The notes: generated by a model not told the origin, from the letters alone. A stretch of DNA of 54,712 nucleotides from Octopus bimaculoides (GCF_001194135.2 NC_068983.1:13687647-13742358), one strand, 5' to 3'. Counted from the stretch's first letter, positions 1 to 13,572 are shown. Program-made: numbers and translations.

Positions 1-4
1 ATAA

Positions 5-42
<38 letters not shown>

Positions 43-185
43 ACATGTGTGTGTGTAATATGCATGTATATGTATATATATTCTGATCAATCAGTTTGTA
101 TTGGACATGTCATTTCCCTCATTTGGAAACACATACACACACATATTTATATTATAATATATATACATATATATATATATATGTT

Positions 186-217
<32 letters not shown>

Positions 218-776
218 TATATATATATATGTTTATATACACTTATCTTTAAGTCCTTTGTCTCGATTATTGTTCTTGAATTTAGGTCAAAGTCAGCAAA
301 TAATAGTTACTACTACTAACAAAAATATTAATAATGATAAAATTACTACTCCAGGCAATAAGTATTAGTAGTAGCAATAGTAGTAGCAGTAGTAACTTGC
401 AGAGGTATTTTCTTTTCATTCTTTCCTCCTTCCTTTCTTCTCAGGAGTATCCACCTTTGACATAAGAGGAGCTGTAGCGACACCTTCACCATTGAAGACA
501 TAAATTACACCACCATCTCCTCCATCACCTCATCTTCATCCTCATTATCGCCTTTTTCCATCATCACCCCAAACCACACCCTCCAAAAACAACCCTCCCC
601 CCACATACACACACTTCTTCCCCCTTTTCCCACCCCTTTACATAAAAACTGGTCACAATGATCAATGATCCATCCAGCCTTGATCCTTGGTTTGAAATAA
701 CTCTCAGTCTGTAAAGCAGCAGCGGCGGCCGCGGCAGCAGCAGCAGCAGGTTTCAAGATAATCCATCTGGTGTTCT

Positions 777-899
777 TCAGTAAGCACAAGATGGTTCTTC
801 TACTGGTGGCAAAGGGCTGTATGCCGTGCTGATTGATCGGAACGAACACACAGCAGGGTCAAACCAACATTTGGAACTGGTGCCATTACCACTGATAGT
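777..899 (-). CDS. Candidate terminal coding exon of the same gene (TISGNGTSSKCWFDPAVCSFRSISTAYSPLPPVEEPSCAY*)
   Basis: The minus strand reads GTGACTAATG + about 35-nt pyrimidine tract + CAG immediately before 899. The phase-0 frame matches the phase-0 donor at 51277 and runs 40 codons to TGA at 779-777. Joining is inferred; intervening exons could hide in gaps. Confidence 0.62.
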   Translation of the reverse strand, partial: TISGNGTSSKCWFDPAVCSFRSISTAYSPLPPVEEPSCAY

Positions 900-945
900 C
901 TGAAAAAAGAGAAAGGAAGAAAAAAAAAAAAGAAACATTAGTCAC
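900..945 (-). promoter_or_regulatory. 3' splice site: branch point (TGACTAAT, branch A about 938), polypyrimidine tract, CAG
   Basis: Minus-strand sequence GTGACTAATGTTTCTTTTTTTTTTTTCTTCCTTTCTCTTTTTTCAG matches the metazoan YTNAY/poly-Y/YAG consensus. Confidence 0.7.
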
Positions 946-1054
946 GGTGCCATCATTTTAGTAACATACAATTTCATACAAACATATATATTTACCGACA
1001 TGATAAATAAAAGTTTATAAACTTTCGAGAGAACATGAAATAATTTCGAAATAA

Positions 1055-1573
1055 TACATTTCTAAATCTCTCACAGAGATTTATGCAGTAGTGATACGTT
1101 GAAGTAGTTGTATGCTGTCAACTTAATGTGACAGTCCCCTGAAGGGAATAATACTACAGTTGTTTAGACCTAGGAAGTTGAACTGCTTCCTGTCGGCCTT
1201 GACACATTTCCTGTGTCCTTATGTTTACAAGGGGGAGACAAGCACCTCCACCCAGCTAAGCCTGCATCCAGAGACATGTTTCTGAGTCTTTGCTCATCAT
1301 CAGTCTGGAGTAGCATGACCTGCTAATCGAGGATGCCTGTCAAGCACTTGTAAACATATAATAATTCTTGTGAAATACATTCACTGATTACAAAATTAGA
1401 AATGGTACATTTCTAAATCTCTCAGAGAGACTTATGCAGTAGTGATACAATGAAGTAGTTGTATGCTGTCAACTTAATGTGACAGTCCCCTGAAGGGAAT
1501 AATACTACTGTTGGTTAGACCTAGGAAGCTGCATCGCTTCCTGTCGGCCTTGACACATTTCCTGTGTCCTTAT
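1055..1573 (-). mobile_element. Penelope-like element pLTR remnant, partial tandem (about 1.5 units, 351-nt period)
   Basis: 1055-1222 and 1406-1573 are diverged direct repeats. The unique part between them carries the hammerhead. A partial tandem pLTR plus a minimal hammerhead is the established PLE hallmark. No RT or GIY-YIG ORF is present. Confidence 0.65.
1267..1309 (-). ncRNA. Minimal type I hammerhead ribozyme, intact core
   Basis: Minus strand: TCCAGA-CTGATGA-TGAG(CAAAGA)CTCA-GAA-ACATGT-C-TCTGGA. Helix I 6 bp, helix II 4 bp, palindromic helix III ACATGT, GUC triplet, predicted cut between 1273 and 1272. Confidence 0.85.
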
Positions 1574-1585
1574 AGAATAAGTACT

Positions 1586-1683
1586 ACAGTAGAAGACACT
1601 TGCCCAAGGTGCCACGCAGTGGGACTGAACCCGGAACCATATGATTGGTAAGCAAGCTACTTACCACACAACCACTCGTGCAC
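1586..1683 (-). mobile_element. SINE family A head abutting the PLE repeat
   Basis: GTAGAAGACACTTGCCCAAGGTGCCACGCAGTGGGACTGAACCC matches 4468-4512. Confidence 0.8.
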
Positions 1684-3719
1684 CTATTTTGTTATTTTTC
1701 TTTTCTGAAGATGTGTTACTTGTAGGGCTTTGCCTAACATGTTGTCTTACTGAAACGTCCATAAGGAATAAGGTAATTAAGTTAACTCGCTTTGCTTTTG
1801 GTTTCCCCTTGAGGGACAGGGATAGGGGGGAGGGAAAGGAGAAGGGTGGTGGGAGAGGAGGAAAAAGGAAGAGGAGATGGAAGCAAGGGAAGAAGAGGTA
1901 CAGAGAAAGGGAGGCATCGGAAAGGAAGGAAAATAAGACACCAAGAAACAGAAGGAAGAGAGTAATAACAACATCGACAACGATGGTGATGACGATGGTG
2001 ATGATGACGGTTTTAATGATGATGACAATGACAATAACAACGATGATGACGATGATGATGATGACGATGATGATGATGATGATGATGACAATGATAAGGA
2101 TAATCAATCCAGCTGACGCAATTTGTTTAATCAAACACGTATAACATAATCAATTGAAATCATCGACACCATTGTCATCATGATCACGATTCTCATCACC
2201 ATCATTATCATTGTCATCATCATCAATGACATCTTCACCAGCATTGTCATCATCATCATCATCCTCATCGTCGTCATCATCATCAATGTTTTCTGATCAC
2301 CACAAATTTGTATGGTGTTCTATTGTTCTGAGAGCACATAAGTTGTTTCAGAGCACAATTTGGATAGTTGAATGTGCCAATAGTAATAAATGATATGTTG
2401 TTGAATCTGGAGCCTCTCTCTCTATATAATAATAATAATAATTATTATTATTATTATTATTATTATTCATTGTTTTGGTTTAGGTTTCAGGCTAGGTGGT
2501 GGTGATGATGATGATGATGATGATGATGGTGATGGTGGCATTTTTTTTTTCATTTTTATTTTATTTTATACCTTTGCGTATATGTGCACTTAGCTGTTGC
2601 TCGTTAAGTGTATGTAACAACGTGTTGCATAAAAAAAGAAAAAAAATCTCTACCACTTCACTGGACATAACATTAGCATTCAGAGAGAGAGAGAGGGGCG
2701 GAGATGGAGGGAGGGAGATTGCAGTGCATAGCCATTATTACATCTTGAGAAATAAATTATGTTACTACTATTATTAGTACTAGCACCACCATTACCAACA
2801 CCACCACCGCCACGACGACGACCACCACCACTACTACTACTACTACTGTAAAGGCCACTGCTACAATTACTACCACCAGCATCGACACTGCTTCTACCAC
2901 CCACCACTGTTACTACGACTACCACCGCCGCCACTGCCACCACTGCCACCACCACCGCCACCACAAGCGCCACCACAAGCGCCACCACAACCACCACCAC
3001 CACTACCAGCACCACCNNNNNNNNNNNNNNNNNNNNNNNNNNNNNNNNNNNNNNNNNNNNNNNNNNNNNNNNNNNNNNNNNNNNNNNNNNNNNNNNNNNN
3101 NNNNNNNNNNNNNNNNNNNNNNNNNNNNNNNNNNNNNNNNNNNNNNNNNNNNNNNNNNNNNNNNNNNNNNNNNNNNNNNNNNNNNNNNNNNNNNNNNNNN
3201 NNNNNNNNNNNNNNNNNNNNNNNNNNNNNNNNNNNNNNNNNNNNNNNNNNNNNNNNNNNNNNNNNNNNNCACCACCACCTCCATTACTATGCAAAAAGAC
3301 ACGGCATGTGAAACTAGAAATCTCAGAGAACAGAATCATGTAATTTCATGTTGAAAAGATGGCCACAAACAAATTTATCGAAAGAAAATTTTCTTCAAGA
3401 AGTTTAAATAGGAAAAGAAAAAAGAAATAGTCAAGAAAAAATGACAGTAAAAGCACTTTGTTAATTTCTCTCATTTTTTTGTATCCTTTGCTTTTTTCAT
3501 TGGTTTGTTTTTGTCTTTGGATTCATGTGTGTGTATGTGTGTACGTGTGTGTATATGTGTGTGGGTGTGTATATGTATGTCTGCAGCGTGTGCTTTTTTT
3601 TGGTTATCAAATCTATTTTCTCAACATCAACATGATTTGGGTGATTCTGCACAAGCACAAACACAAACGTACATATTCACACACACACACACACACACAC
3701 ACTCAGACACACATGCACA

Positions 3720-3900
3720 CAGAATCGCACAATCAAATACATGTACCCACGTACACACATACACAATTGTGCACTCAAACACGTACTTACATACACACAC
3801 ACACACATACAGAATCGCGCCCTCAAATACATGTACCCATGTACACACATACACAATTGTACACTCAAACGCATATACTTACACACACACACACACACAC
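3720..3900. repeat. Two tandem units of about 90 nt
   Basis: CAGAATCGC...AAATACATGTACCCA.GTACACACATACACAATTGT.CACTCAAAC at 3720 and 3810. Confidence 0.85.
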
Positions 3901-4400
3901 ATATTCAGCTTTGTTGATTTGTAAGTGTGTCACACCTCTGTATTTTTTTCTATTTATTTAAGCATTAGCAAGAAAGTGGCACAGTCAGTACCCGGATGGG
4001 GCAGGGGCAGAGGAAAGGAATAGTGAGAGGAGAAAAATGGCAGCACTGGTAGAGAGATGGACAGGAAACTGGCAAGCGAAATTCAGTTCTGACTCTTTTA
4101 CAATTCCGAGTTCAAATCTTGCCGAGGTCAACTTTGATCATCTTCTTCCTCGCATTCGTTTATGCTTCTACTTGATTCAGTCATTAGACTGAAGCCATGC
4201 CGAGGCGCCACCTTGAGAAGTTTTAGTCAAAAGGAATTAACCTCGGTACACATATTTTAAAAACCTGGTACTTATTCCATCAGATCTGTTTTGCTGAACC
4301 ATTAAGTTATGGGGGTATAAACACAACATATCTGGTTGTCAATCGGTGATGAGGGAGAAACACACACACACACACATACATATATAAGTATGTATGTATA

Positions 4401-4564
4401 CGACGGGCTTCTTTCAGTTTCCGTCTACCAAATCCACTCACAAGGCTTTGGTCGGCCCGAGGCTATAGTAGAAGACACTTGCCCAAGGTGCCACGCAGTG
4501 GGACTGAACCCGGAAACATGTGGTTGGTAAGCAAGCTACTTACCACACAGCCACTCCTGCGCCT
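4401..4564 (-). mobile_element. SINE family A, 5' half
   Basis: Reverse complement of the head and CORE-like body of 47162-47330. Confidence 0.85.
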
Positions 4565-4571
4565 ATATATA

Positions 4572-4612
<41 letters not shown>

Positions 4613-4988
4613 NNNNNNNNNNNNNNNNNNNNNNNNNNNNNNNNNNNNNNNNNNNNNNNNNNNNNNNNNNNNNNNNNNNNNNNNNNNNNNNNNNNNNNNN
4701 NNNNNNNNNNNNNNNNNNNNNNNNNNNNNNNNNNNNNNNNNNNNNNNNNNNNNNNNNNNNNNNNNNNNNNNNNNNNNNNNNNNNNNNNNNNNNNNNNNNN
4801 NNNNNNNNNNNNNNNNNNNNNNNNNNNNNNNNNNNNNNNNNNNNNNNNNNNNNNNNNNNNNNNNNNNNNNNNNNNNNNNNNNNNNNNNNNNCCTTATAAA
4901 AGATTTCAGAACTTCTTTAAAGAAAAAAATAATTTAAAAAAAAACTTTTACACTTCAAAATCTGTATTAAGTAATCCTCATAGACTTC

Positions 4989-5044
<56 letters not shown>

Positions 5045-5585
5045 CATATATACACATACATATATATGCACATACATATATACATACAATTCGCCTAACA
5101 AATTCACTTATATGGTTTTGGTCAACCTGAGGCTATAGAAGACACTTGACCAGGGTGCCATGCAGTGGGGCTAAACCCAGAACCATGTGGTTGAGAAGCA
5201 CCTATCGATACGAATTAAAATACCAGTCAAATACAAAGTACCGACATAAGATACAAACAGACATGGCTGTGTGGTAAGAAGTTGGTTTCCCAACCACATG
5301 TGTTCTGATGCTAAAAATAGCAGCCAAATCTCCCTTAACTAACAGTGTATAGGGACAATATACAAAGACTTGATGATCAAGGCTGGAATAATTAATTACG
5401 ACCATTGGAGTAGAAGCAACAACTCTTAATTAATTCAACCTCTTCTTATCACTGAAAATGTTAGCATGATAACAATGCTATAAGTCACATGGTATTCTGC
5501 TAAACCTAGGATAACAAGGCCCCAGCACACAACACAAGACTTGAATTTGTAATGATTGATTTTTCATATTTACTTTAGAAAATTT

Positions 5586-5794
5586 GTTGTTGTTGGCACT
5601 CCGTTGCTTACAATGTCGAGGGTTCCTGTTGATCCGATCAACGGAACAGCCTGCTCGTGAAATTAACGTGCTGGAGCCTCGTGGAGCTTTAGGTGTTTTC
5701 GCTCAATAAACACTCACAACACCCGGTCTGGGAATCGAAACCGCGATCCTATGACCGCGAGTCCACTGCCCTAACCACTGGGCCATTGTGCCTC
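5586..5794 (-). mobile_element. SINE family B with internal deletion
   Basis: Both ends are present; the sequence jumps from AATTAACGTG to CTGGAGCCTCGTGG, omitting the central body. Confidence 0.8.
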
Positions 5795-6444
5795 GACTTT
5801 AGAAAATTATGGCTATGATAATTGGTTTTCCAGAGAAGATATCATAGAAATAACAGAAGATAGAGTTTGAACCTTTGATCACTAATTTATAGCGACTAGA
5901 AAACTTACAGTGGTCAGCAATGGTGAAAATTATTCAATGAACTTTATAAGTTTGGTGAAGTTTATATACCATGAGGAAACAAGAAGCCTGAGGCTTAAAG
6001 CAATGCTCATTATCAGAGAGACAGAGAAAAACAGTTATCTCTTTGATAAAGTGCTCTGTTCAGAAGGTGAGGAGACATGTCCCTTCTCGTATAGACACTT
6101 AACTAAATTTACTGATTTTTCCTACAGCTATTGTAGCCTTTCCTGCATTCATATATCTTTTTTTTTTTTTTATATATTTTCAATTTATGCAGGTAGTTGA
6201 CCTTCCTTATTAACAGCAAAAAGTTCACTGAAGTGAAAATGTTAATTTTTTTTATTTCTTATTTTCACTTGAAATAAGTAAGAATAGATATTAGTTTTTT
6301 ATTGGTGTTTCTTAACTCTTTACATACGAACTGGTATAGGACTACCTCTAACCTGATAATACAAACCAAGTGGAAAAAGAAAAGAGAAATGTGAGAAGAA
6401 AGCAAGGGGAAAGATATAATTCTGTTTCACAGGTTAGAAACAGA

Positions 6445-6775
6445 CTTGGCTGGGTAGTAAAGAAGTTTGCTTTCCAATCATTTGGTTCCAGGTTCAGTTC
6501 CACTGGAAGTACCTTTGGCAAATTTTTTCTTATATAGCCTGGCACCAACCATAGCCTTGTGAGCGGATTTGGTAGATGGAAACTTCTTGCATAAATTAAA
6601 GAATTTAAAAAATAAAGTCCATCCATGTGTGGTAAGAAATTTACTTTCCAGCCACATGGTTCTGAGTTCAATCCCACTGAGTGGCACCTTGGGAAAGCGT
6701 CTTCTATTCTCACCTCGAGCTGACCAAAGCCTTTTTAGTGGATTTGGCAGCAGATGGAAATTGAGAGAAGCCCAC
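6445..6775 (+). mobile_element. Two diverged tandem SINE family A 5' halves
   Basis: Two heads (about 6445 and 6625), each followed by the CORE-like body. Confidence 0.65.
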
Positions 6776-6789
6776 TATATATATATATA

Positions 6790-6945
6790 TCATCATCATC
6801 GTTTAACGTCCGCTTTCCATGCTAGCACGGGCTGGACGATTTGAGTGAGGACTGGTGAACCAGATGGCTACACCAAGCTCCAATCTGATTTGGCAGAGTT
6901 TCTACAGCTGGATGCCCTTCCTAACACCAACCACTCTGAGAGTAT
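6790..6945 (-). mobile_element. Repeat family D, tail only
   Basis: Other tail-only copies at about 16955, 22270, 25920 (minus) and 41785, 43745 (plus). Confidence 0.8.
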
Positions 6946-6974
6946 ATATATATATACATATATATATACACCAC

Positions 6975-7292
6975 ATGGCTCAGTGGTTAGAACATCAGGT
7001 TCACAATTATATGTTAGTGAGTTCGATTCCTGGACTGGGCTGTGTTGTGTTCTTTAGCAAGACACTTTATTTCATGTTGCTCCAGTTCACTCAGCTGTAG
7101 AAATGAGCTGCAACGTCACTGACGCCAAGATGTATCGGCCCCTTTGCCTTTCCCTTGGATAACATCGGTGGCATGGTGAAGGGAGGCCAGTGTGCATGGG
7201 CGACTGCTGGTCTTCCATAAGCAACCTTGCCTGGATTTGTGCCTCGGAGGGGAACTTTCTAAGTGCAATCCCAAGGTCATTCATGACCGAAG
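6975..7292 (+). mobile_element. SINE family E (tRNA-like head, GCAAGACACTTTATTTCA.GTTGCTCCAGTTCACTCAGCTG body)
   Basis: A box TGGCTCAGTGG, B box GTTCGATTCC; homologues at about 10392-10777, 24975-25245, 32845-32990 (plus) and 44068-44335 (minus). Confidence 0.8.
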
Positions 7293-8088
7293 TGTGTGTT
7301 TTACTCTATGTGTATGTAAGTGTGTGTGTGTGTGTGTGAATGTTTGTGAGTGTGTGTTTGTGTCTCCTTGTTTTGACATTGCATGTTAGTTGTAAATGAG
7401 TGTCACTCTCATACAAGCAGTGTTGTTCATTTGTAGTCATGTATGAAAGCATATCCAGTCACAGGGAAGTATTACATAGCTTGGGAAACTAGTGTGGGTT
7501 GGTGACAGGAATGGCATTTGGCCACAGAAAATCTGCCACAGTGTATTGCATCTGACCCATACAAGCATGGAAATGTGGATATTAAAATGATGATGGTGAC
7601 AATGAAGATGACATGAAAATCAGTAGCTGCCTCCATGATGAAAAGAAAGAATTTATACAGAAGGTAGGTGAGGAAAAAGAAAAAAGAAATAGAAAAGAAA
7701 ATAGAAAGAAAGAAAGGTAATGAAAGATAACTGGAGAAAATAAATTACAAAAACAAAAAAAGAAAGAAAAAACAAATGGAATTCAAATAAATAAGATTCT
7801 GAAGAGGAGTGAAAATTGAAAGAATAAATAAGAATAAATTTGAAATTCAAATATAAAAAAAACTGAAAATCATGAAAAAAAAATAAAAGATAAAAAAGCA
7901 GAAGAAAAATGTATTTCAAGCAAAAATGTATAATAAAATATAAGATGAAGTGCAGAAAGACAAGGAGAAAATTGAGCCGAAACTGAGGAATAAATAACTG
8001 TTCCAGGGATTTATTTAAATTATTTTGCTTTAAAAGTCTAACAGATTCCTGTAATTTCAGTTTCTTCATTCTGTGCTTGTGAAATGTA

Positions 8089-8513
8089 GAGGCGCAATGG
8101 CCTAGTGGTTAGGGCAGCAGACTCGCGATCATACGATCGCGGTTTCGATTCCCAGACCGGGGTTCCAGTTGATCCGATCAACGGAACAGCCTGCTCGTGA
8201 AATTAACGTGCAAGTGGCTGAGCACACCACAGACACGTGTACCCTTAACGTAGTTCTCAAGGATATTCAGCGTGACACAGTGTGTGACAAGGCTGACCCT
8301 TTTGAAATACAGGCACAACAGAAACAGGAAATAAGATTGAGAGAAAGTTGTGGTGAAAGAGTACAGCAGGGTTCGCCACCATCCCCTGCCGGAGCCTCGT
8401 GGAGCTTTTAGGTGTTTTTGCTCAATAAACACACACAACGCCCGGTCCGGGAATCGAAACCACGATCCTACGACCGCGAGTCTGCTGCCCTAACCACTGG
8501 GCCATTGCGCCTC
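8089..8513. mobile_element. SINE family B copy (minus, 8161-8513) fused to an extra inverted head (plus, 8089-8160)
   Basis: Terminal 72-nt arms 8089-8160 and 8442-8513 match in inverted orientation at 66/72. Confidence 0.85.
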
Positions 8514-9632
8514 CACACACACACATATACCAGAGATTCTTTAAAACAAAAACATTTAAAGAGCTCATTAGATATTTATGTTGGAAGTTTGTGAGAACAG
8601 TTAGCATGTTTGTATGCATGTACAGTGTACGTATGATAAACACACACACAAATATAAAGTGCGCATTAGAATGAGAGAATGTGTATGTATGCACTAGCTG
8701 ATGCACTCATACACACACACACACACACAACACACCCACAGCTTGGTTTTCTTCCATCACTTAAGGACTTCCTGTTTATCAACAATGCTATTTCGCTGAA
8801 AGAGAAATAAAATTCCTTTGTTTGCTGCCTGAAATAATGCTTTTGTAATTACACAGGCAGCACATTCACGTGCAAAGAGAGAGAGAGAGAGTCTACCTAC
8901 ACCTGTTCCAGATACATTTCAACATTTCACAACTTCCTACTTGAAACACTTAAACAACAATTTTCCCTTAGCAATATACATGCTCCCATTGCAGAGAGGT
9001 GTGATGTGAATAAGATATATTGCTGGTTAAAGATGGCAAGAAAGAAAACAAACCATGCATGCAAAAAGTAGTAACCATAAATCCCTCAAGTCACAACCTA
9101 TTGCATCAACAGAAAAGGGAAAGGAGACATTAGCTAATGAAGCCTGCATCTTTGTAATTGTTTTAATGTACACTTTATTATGCCTGCATGGGTCAGATGG
9201 AATTTATTGAAGCAGATTTTCTATGACTGCATGCCTTTCCTGTCAACAACCCTCAAGTGTTTTCATGGCTAGACATGTTTTTAGAAAAGATTGGAAATAA
9301 AGGACACTTCTTATATGACGGTGAATCTCGTTTACAACTATTATGCAATGCAAAATCGAGGAGATACTAACGCATGCACACACACACACACACACACACA
9401 TACATACATGATAGAATCTTCCATTAAAAATGAAATATGAATCCTCAGTTTTTGCTGAATGACTTGCACAAATGATTTGTTTATAGTTATCAAATGTAGG
9501 TGCTGTATATTAGCTCACTCCCCTCCATCAAATTAAAATTGCCTTAACAGGTGCACAGTGTACCACGTGTCAGACGGACGGACGGATGGACAGATGGACG
9601 TATGGATAGATAGAGAGATAGATAGGTATGAT

Positions 9633-9670
<38 letters not shown>

Positions 9671-9777
9671 TCATCATCATCATCATCGTTTAACGTCCGC
9701 TTTCCATGCTAGCATGGGTTAGAGAGAGAGAGAGAGATAGGTAGATATTTATAGTCAGAATGATAGACAGACAGAGG

Positions 9778-9830
<53 letters not shown>

Positions 9831-10391
9831 CATTGCTTAAGGAGACATTATGACTGGTTTGTGCTTTTGTAGATTTCTGTAAATAAAAAGCCCCTTACTT
9901 TAAAAATAGGTAAGTGTTGGCAACGACAAGAGCATCGCCCTTAACAACATCCTACTTCAACTATCTCCCTGTCCACCCAATGACAGCATGGGGGTGCTGG
10001 GAGGAGGGGGAAATGTCCATTATCAAACGCATAATGGAAGATACACATACATAACACACACACACACACACAGACATGAGTTTGTGCTAATATGTATGTA
10101 TTGTATATATATTACATGTTTACGTTCCCATCATCTGTGTTGACTCATCACTCCATCAGCTTTTCAATTCATCCTTCATTTTCCATTTTGTTCTTGCTCT
10201 TTTCTTTCTCTCTCTCTTATCAGCTTAGATACTGTTTCTTTTCTTTCGTTTTTTATTTTTTCACTGTGTTTGTGGGGTCACATAGTTTACGGCTATCACT
10301 CTTTTATGCTCTTACTTGTTTCAATCAGTTAACAACAGCCATGCTGGAGCACTGCCTTTAGTCGAACAAACTGACCCCAGGACTTATAAGA

Positions 10392-10777
10392 TCGTGAGGT
10401 TGTGAGTTCGAATCCCGGACTGGGCTGTGTGTTGTGCTCTTGAGCAAGACACTTTCTTTCACGTTGCTCCAGTTCACTCAGCTGTAGAAATGAGTAGCGA
10501 CGTCACAGGTGCCAAGCTGTATCGGCCATTACCTTTCCNNNNNNNNNNTTCACGTTGCTCCAGTTCACTCAGCTGTAGAAATGAGTTGCGACGTCTCGGG
10601 TGCCAAGCTGTATCGGCCATTACCTTTCCCTTGGATAACATCGGAAGCGTGGAGAGGGGAGGCCGGTATGCATGGCTGATTGCTGGTCTGCTATAAACAG
10701 CTTTGCTCGGACTTGTGTCTGGGTGGGTAACTTTCTAGGTGCAATCCCATGGTCAGTCCTGACCAAAGGGGGTCTCA
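10392..10777 (+). mobile_element. SINE family E with a gap-flanking internal duplication
   Basis: B box GTTCGAATCC; body repeated across the 10-N gap. Confidence 0.75.
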
Positions 10778-10842
10778 GTACTATTATTTATCATTATTAT
10801 TATTATTATTATTAGTAGTAGTTGTAGTATTTAAGGTGGCAA

Positions 10843-11045
10843 GCAGAATCTTTAGCGCAGCCCATAAAATGCTTGGAGTCATTTTGTCTGTCTTTACATT
10901 CTGAGTTCAAATTCTGCCGGGGTCAACTTTGCCTTTCTTCCTTTCAGGGTCAATAAAACAAGGACCAGTTGAACAAGGGACTTGATTTAGTCAACTTAGC
11001 CCTTCCCACAAAACTGCTGCCTTTGTTGCAAAATTTGAAACCCTA
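10843..11045 (+). mobile_element. SINE family C, diverged
   Basis: GAGTTCAAATTCTGCCGGGGTCAACTTTGCCTTTC. Confidence 0.7.
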
Positions 11046-11248
11046 CTTCTTCTTCTTCTTTTCTTCCCTTTCTCCAACTCCTCCTCCCGCTACTTTTTTC
11101 TCCTCCCATCTCCATTCTTCTTCTTCTTCATCTTCATCTTCATCTTCTTCTTCTTCTTCTTCATCTTATTATTATTATTAGTATTATTGTTATTAATTAT
11201 TATTATGGATAATTATGTTTATGATTATTATTATTATTAATGATTATT

Positions 11249-11292
<44 letters not shown>

Positions 11293-12033
11293 TATTATTA
11301 ATTATTATTATTATTATCATTTTCTAAAACGAACACCAATATATTTGATATGATAACCTTGAAGTGTTGATACTCTAGACCGAAATGGAAATAAACAATA
11401 CATATTTTCTAAAAATTCAATCAGCACAGGGTGTGTATGTGTGTGTGTCTGTGTGTGTGTGTGTGTGTGTGAGTGTGCATGGTTGGTGTTGGGAACAGAT
11501 AATAAAAATAAGCAATATGATATGGCTTTTCGATTTTTTTTTCTTTTTTTTTTTTCCATGCGTTCCTTATGTGGTTCTGTGTGGTTATTGATATCTTACA
11601 ACCAATGGAAACGGTTGTGTGTTTTATAACTTGAAAGATCCTTCTTCACTTCAGGAAATTTAATTTCAAAATTAAACATGTGCACAATCAGATATATATA
11701 TATATATTTATGTATATATATTTATATCTATATCTATATATATATATATATACACACACACACAAACACACACACACATATATAAATATATAGACACACA
11801 CACACACACTCATACATATATATGAAAGTGCATAAATAAAAATACACACATACAATGAATGTATGTGTGTATATATATTAGGTAGCTATATGTGTGAATA
11901 TAATGCACAGTTATATTTTTATATGTATTTATATATGTAAAAGCATATATATGTATATATGTATGTGCATATATATATATACTTGAATGTATGTATATGT
12001 GTGTACGCATATATATGTGCATGTGTGTCTGTA

Positions 12034-12116
<83 letters not shown>

Positions 12117-12137
12117 TGGATAGACAGACTGGCAGGT

Positions 12138-12234
<97 letters not shown>

Positions 12235-12566
12235 CTCACACACACACACACACCTACACATGTAGAAGAGGTGTTAATTAAAAAAGCAATTTGACAAGAA
12301 ATGCAATATGGTACAACGAGGGGAGGGGTGCGTGGAAAACGATGACAGAAATTGAGAATGATGAAGATGCTTGGTGGCTGTGGTTTTAGTGGTGGTGGCA
12401 GCAATGATACTAAATGGCATCTGCTGTGGTGGTGGTGGTGCTGGTGGTAGCAGCAATGGCTACAGTGCGATAGTGGTGATAGAAGTCTTGTCATTATGGA
12501 TGTGTGGATGCTAGATCTTTTAGAAGAATGATACCAAATATTGAAAAAGTAACATTATTAATGTCC

Positions 12567-12600
<34 letters not shown>

Positions 12601-12849
12601 GGACATTAATAATGTTACTTTTATATATATATATATATATATACACACACAGGCACTTCTATCTTCACGCACACACACAGAAAACACACATTCATGTGAG
12701 TAAGTAAATGTGTGGAGATGTGTGTGTGTCTGTATCAATACATCCTTCAACAACACATAAACACACCAATTCTATTTACTCGTACACCGGCACACACACA
12801 TGCACACACACATGGCAAATACACATACCTACTTATACATGTGTGTGTG

Positions 12850-12884
<35 letters not shown>

Positions 12885-13254
12885 GTTTGTTTGTGTGTGT
12901 TTGTGTGTGTGTGTGTTTGTGTGTGTGTATATTAGTTAAGAAACCAGCTGACATAGCTAAACAGTAAGACACACACTGGATGAGTGGGGAATGGGTGGCG
13001 GAGAGGAGGTGGACGACAAAAAGAAAGACAACCCAGAAGAAATATATGATTATAGCAAAAAGAAAAAAAAAAACCATAACAGAAATGAACAGCAAAGAAA
13101 CAATGTAAAAATGACAGCAAAACGAATATTGAGATTATTATTATTATTATTATCACTATCATTATTCAAAGCCTTATTATTATTGTTGTTGTTGTTTTTG
13201 TCACTATTATCATCATCATCATCATTATTATCATTATTATTATTATCAATATTA

Positions 13255-13285
<31 letters not shown>

Positions 13286-13356
13286 CAATATCATTATCAC
13301 TATCATTATTCAAAGCTTTATTATTATTATTATTTTTATTGTTGTTGTTGTTGTTG

Positions 13357-13400
<44 letters not shown>

Positions 13401-13530
13401 GCATTTCACATTTATGTGTGAAGAGAGAAGAAAAATTGTATTTGGAAACAATTCAGCTAATTTCATATTGTTTCTTTTTCACGTTTTTTTTTATATTCCA
13501 TTCAGATATCCCTGTGTGCATGTGCACATG

Positions 13531-13572
<42 letters not shown>

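Noticed and set aside
505-849. 114-aa ORF with poly-Ala as the terminal exon
   Set aside because: That frame hits TAA four codons after the acceptor at 900, and it starts at GTG. It is more likely 3' UTR.
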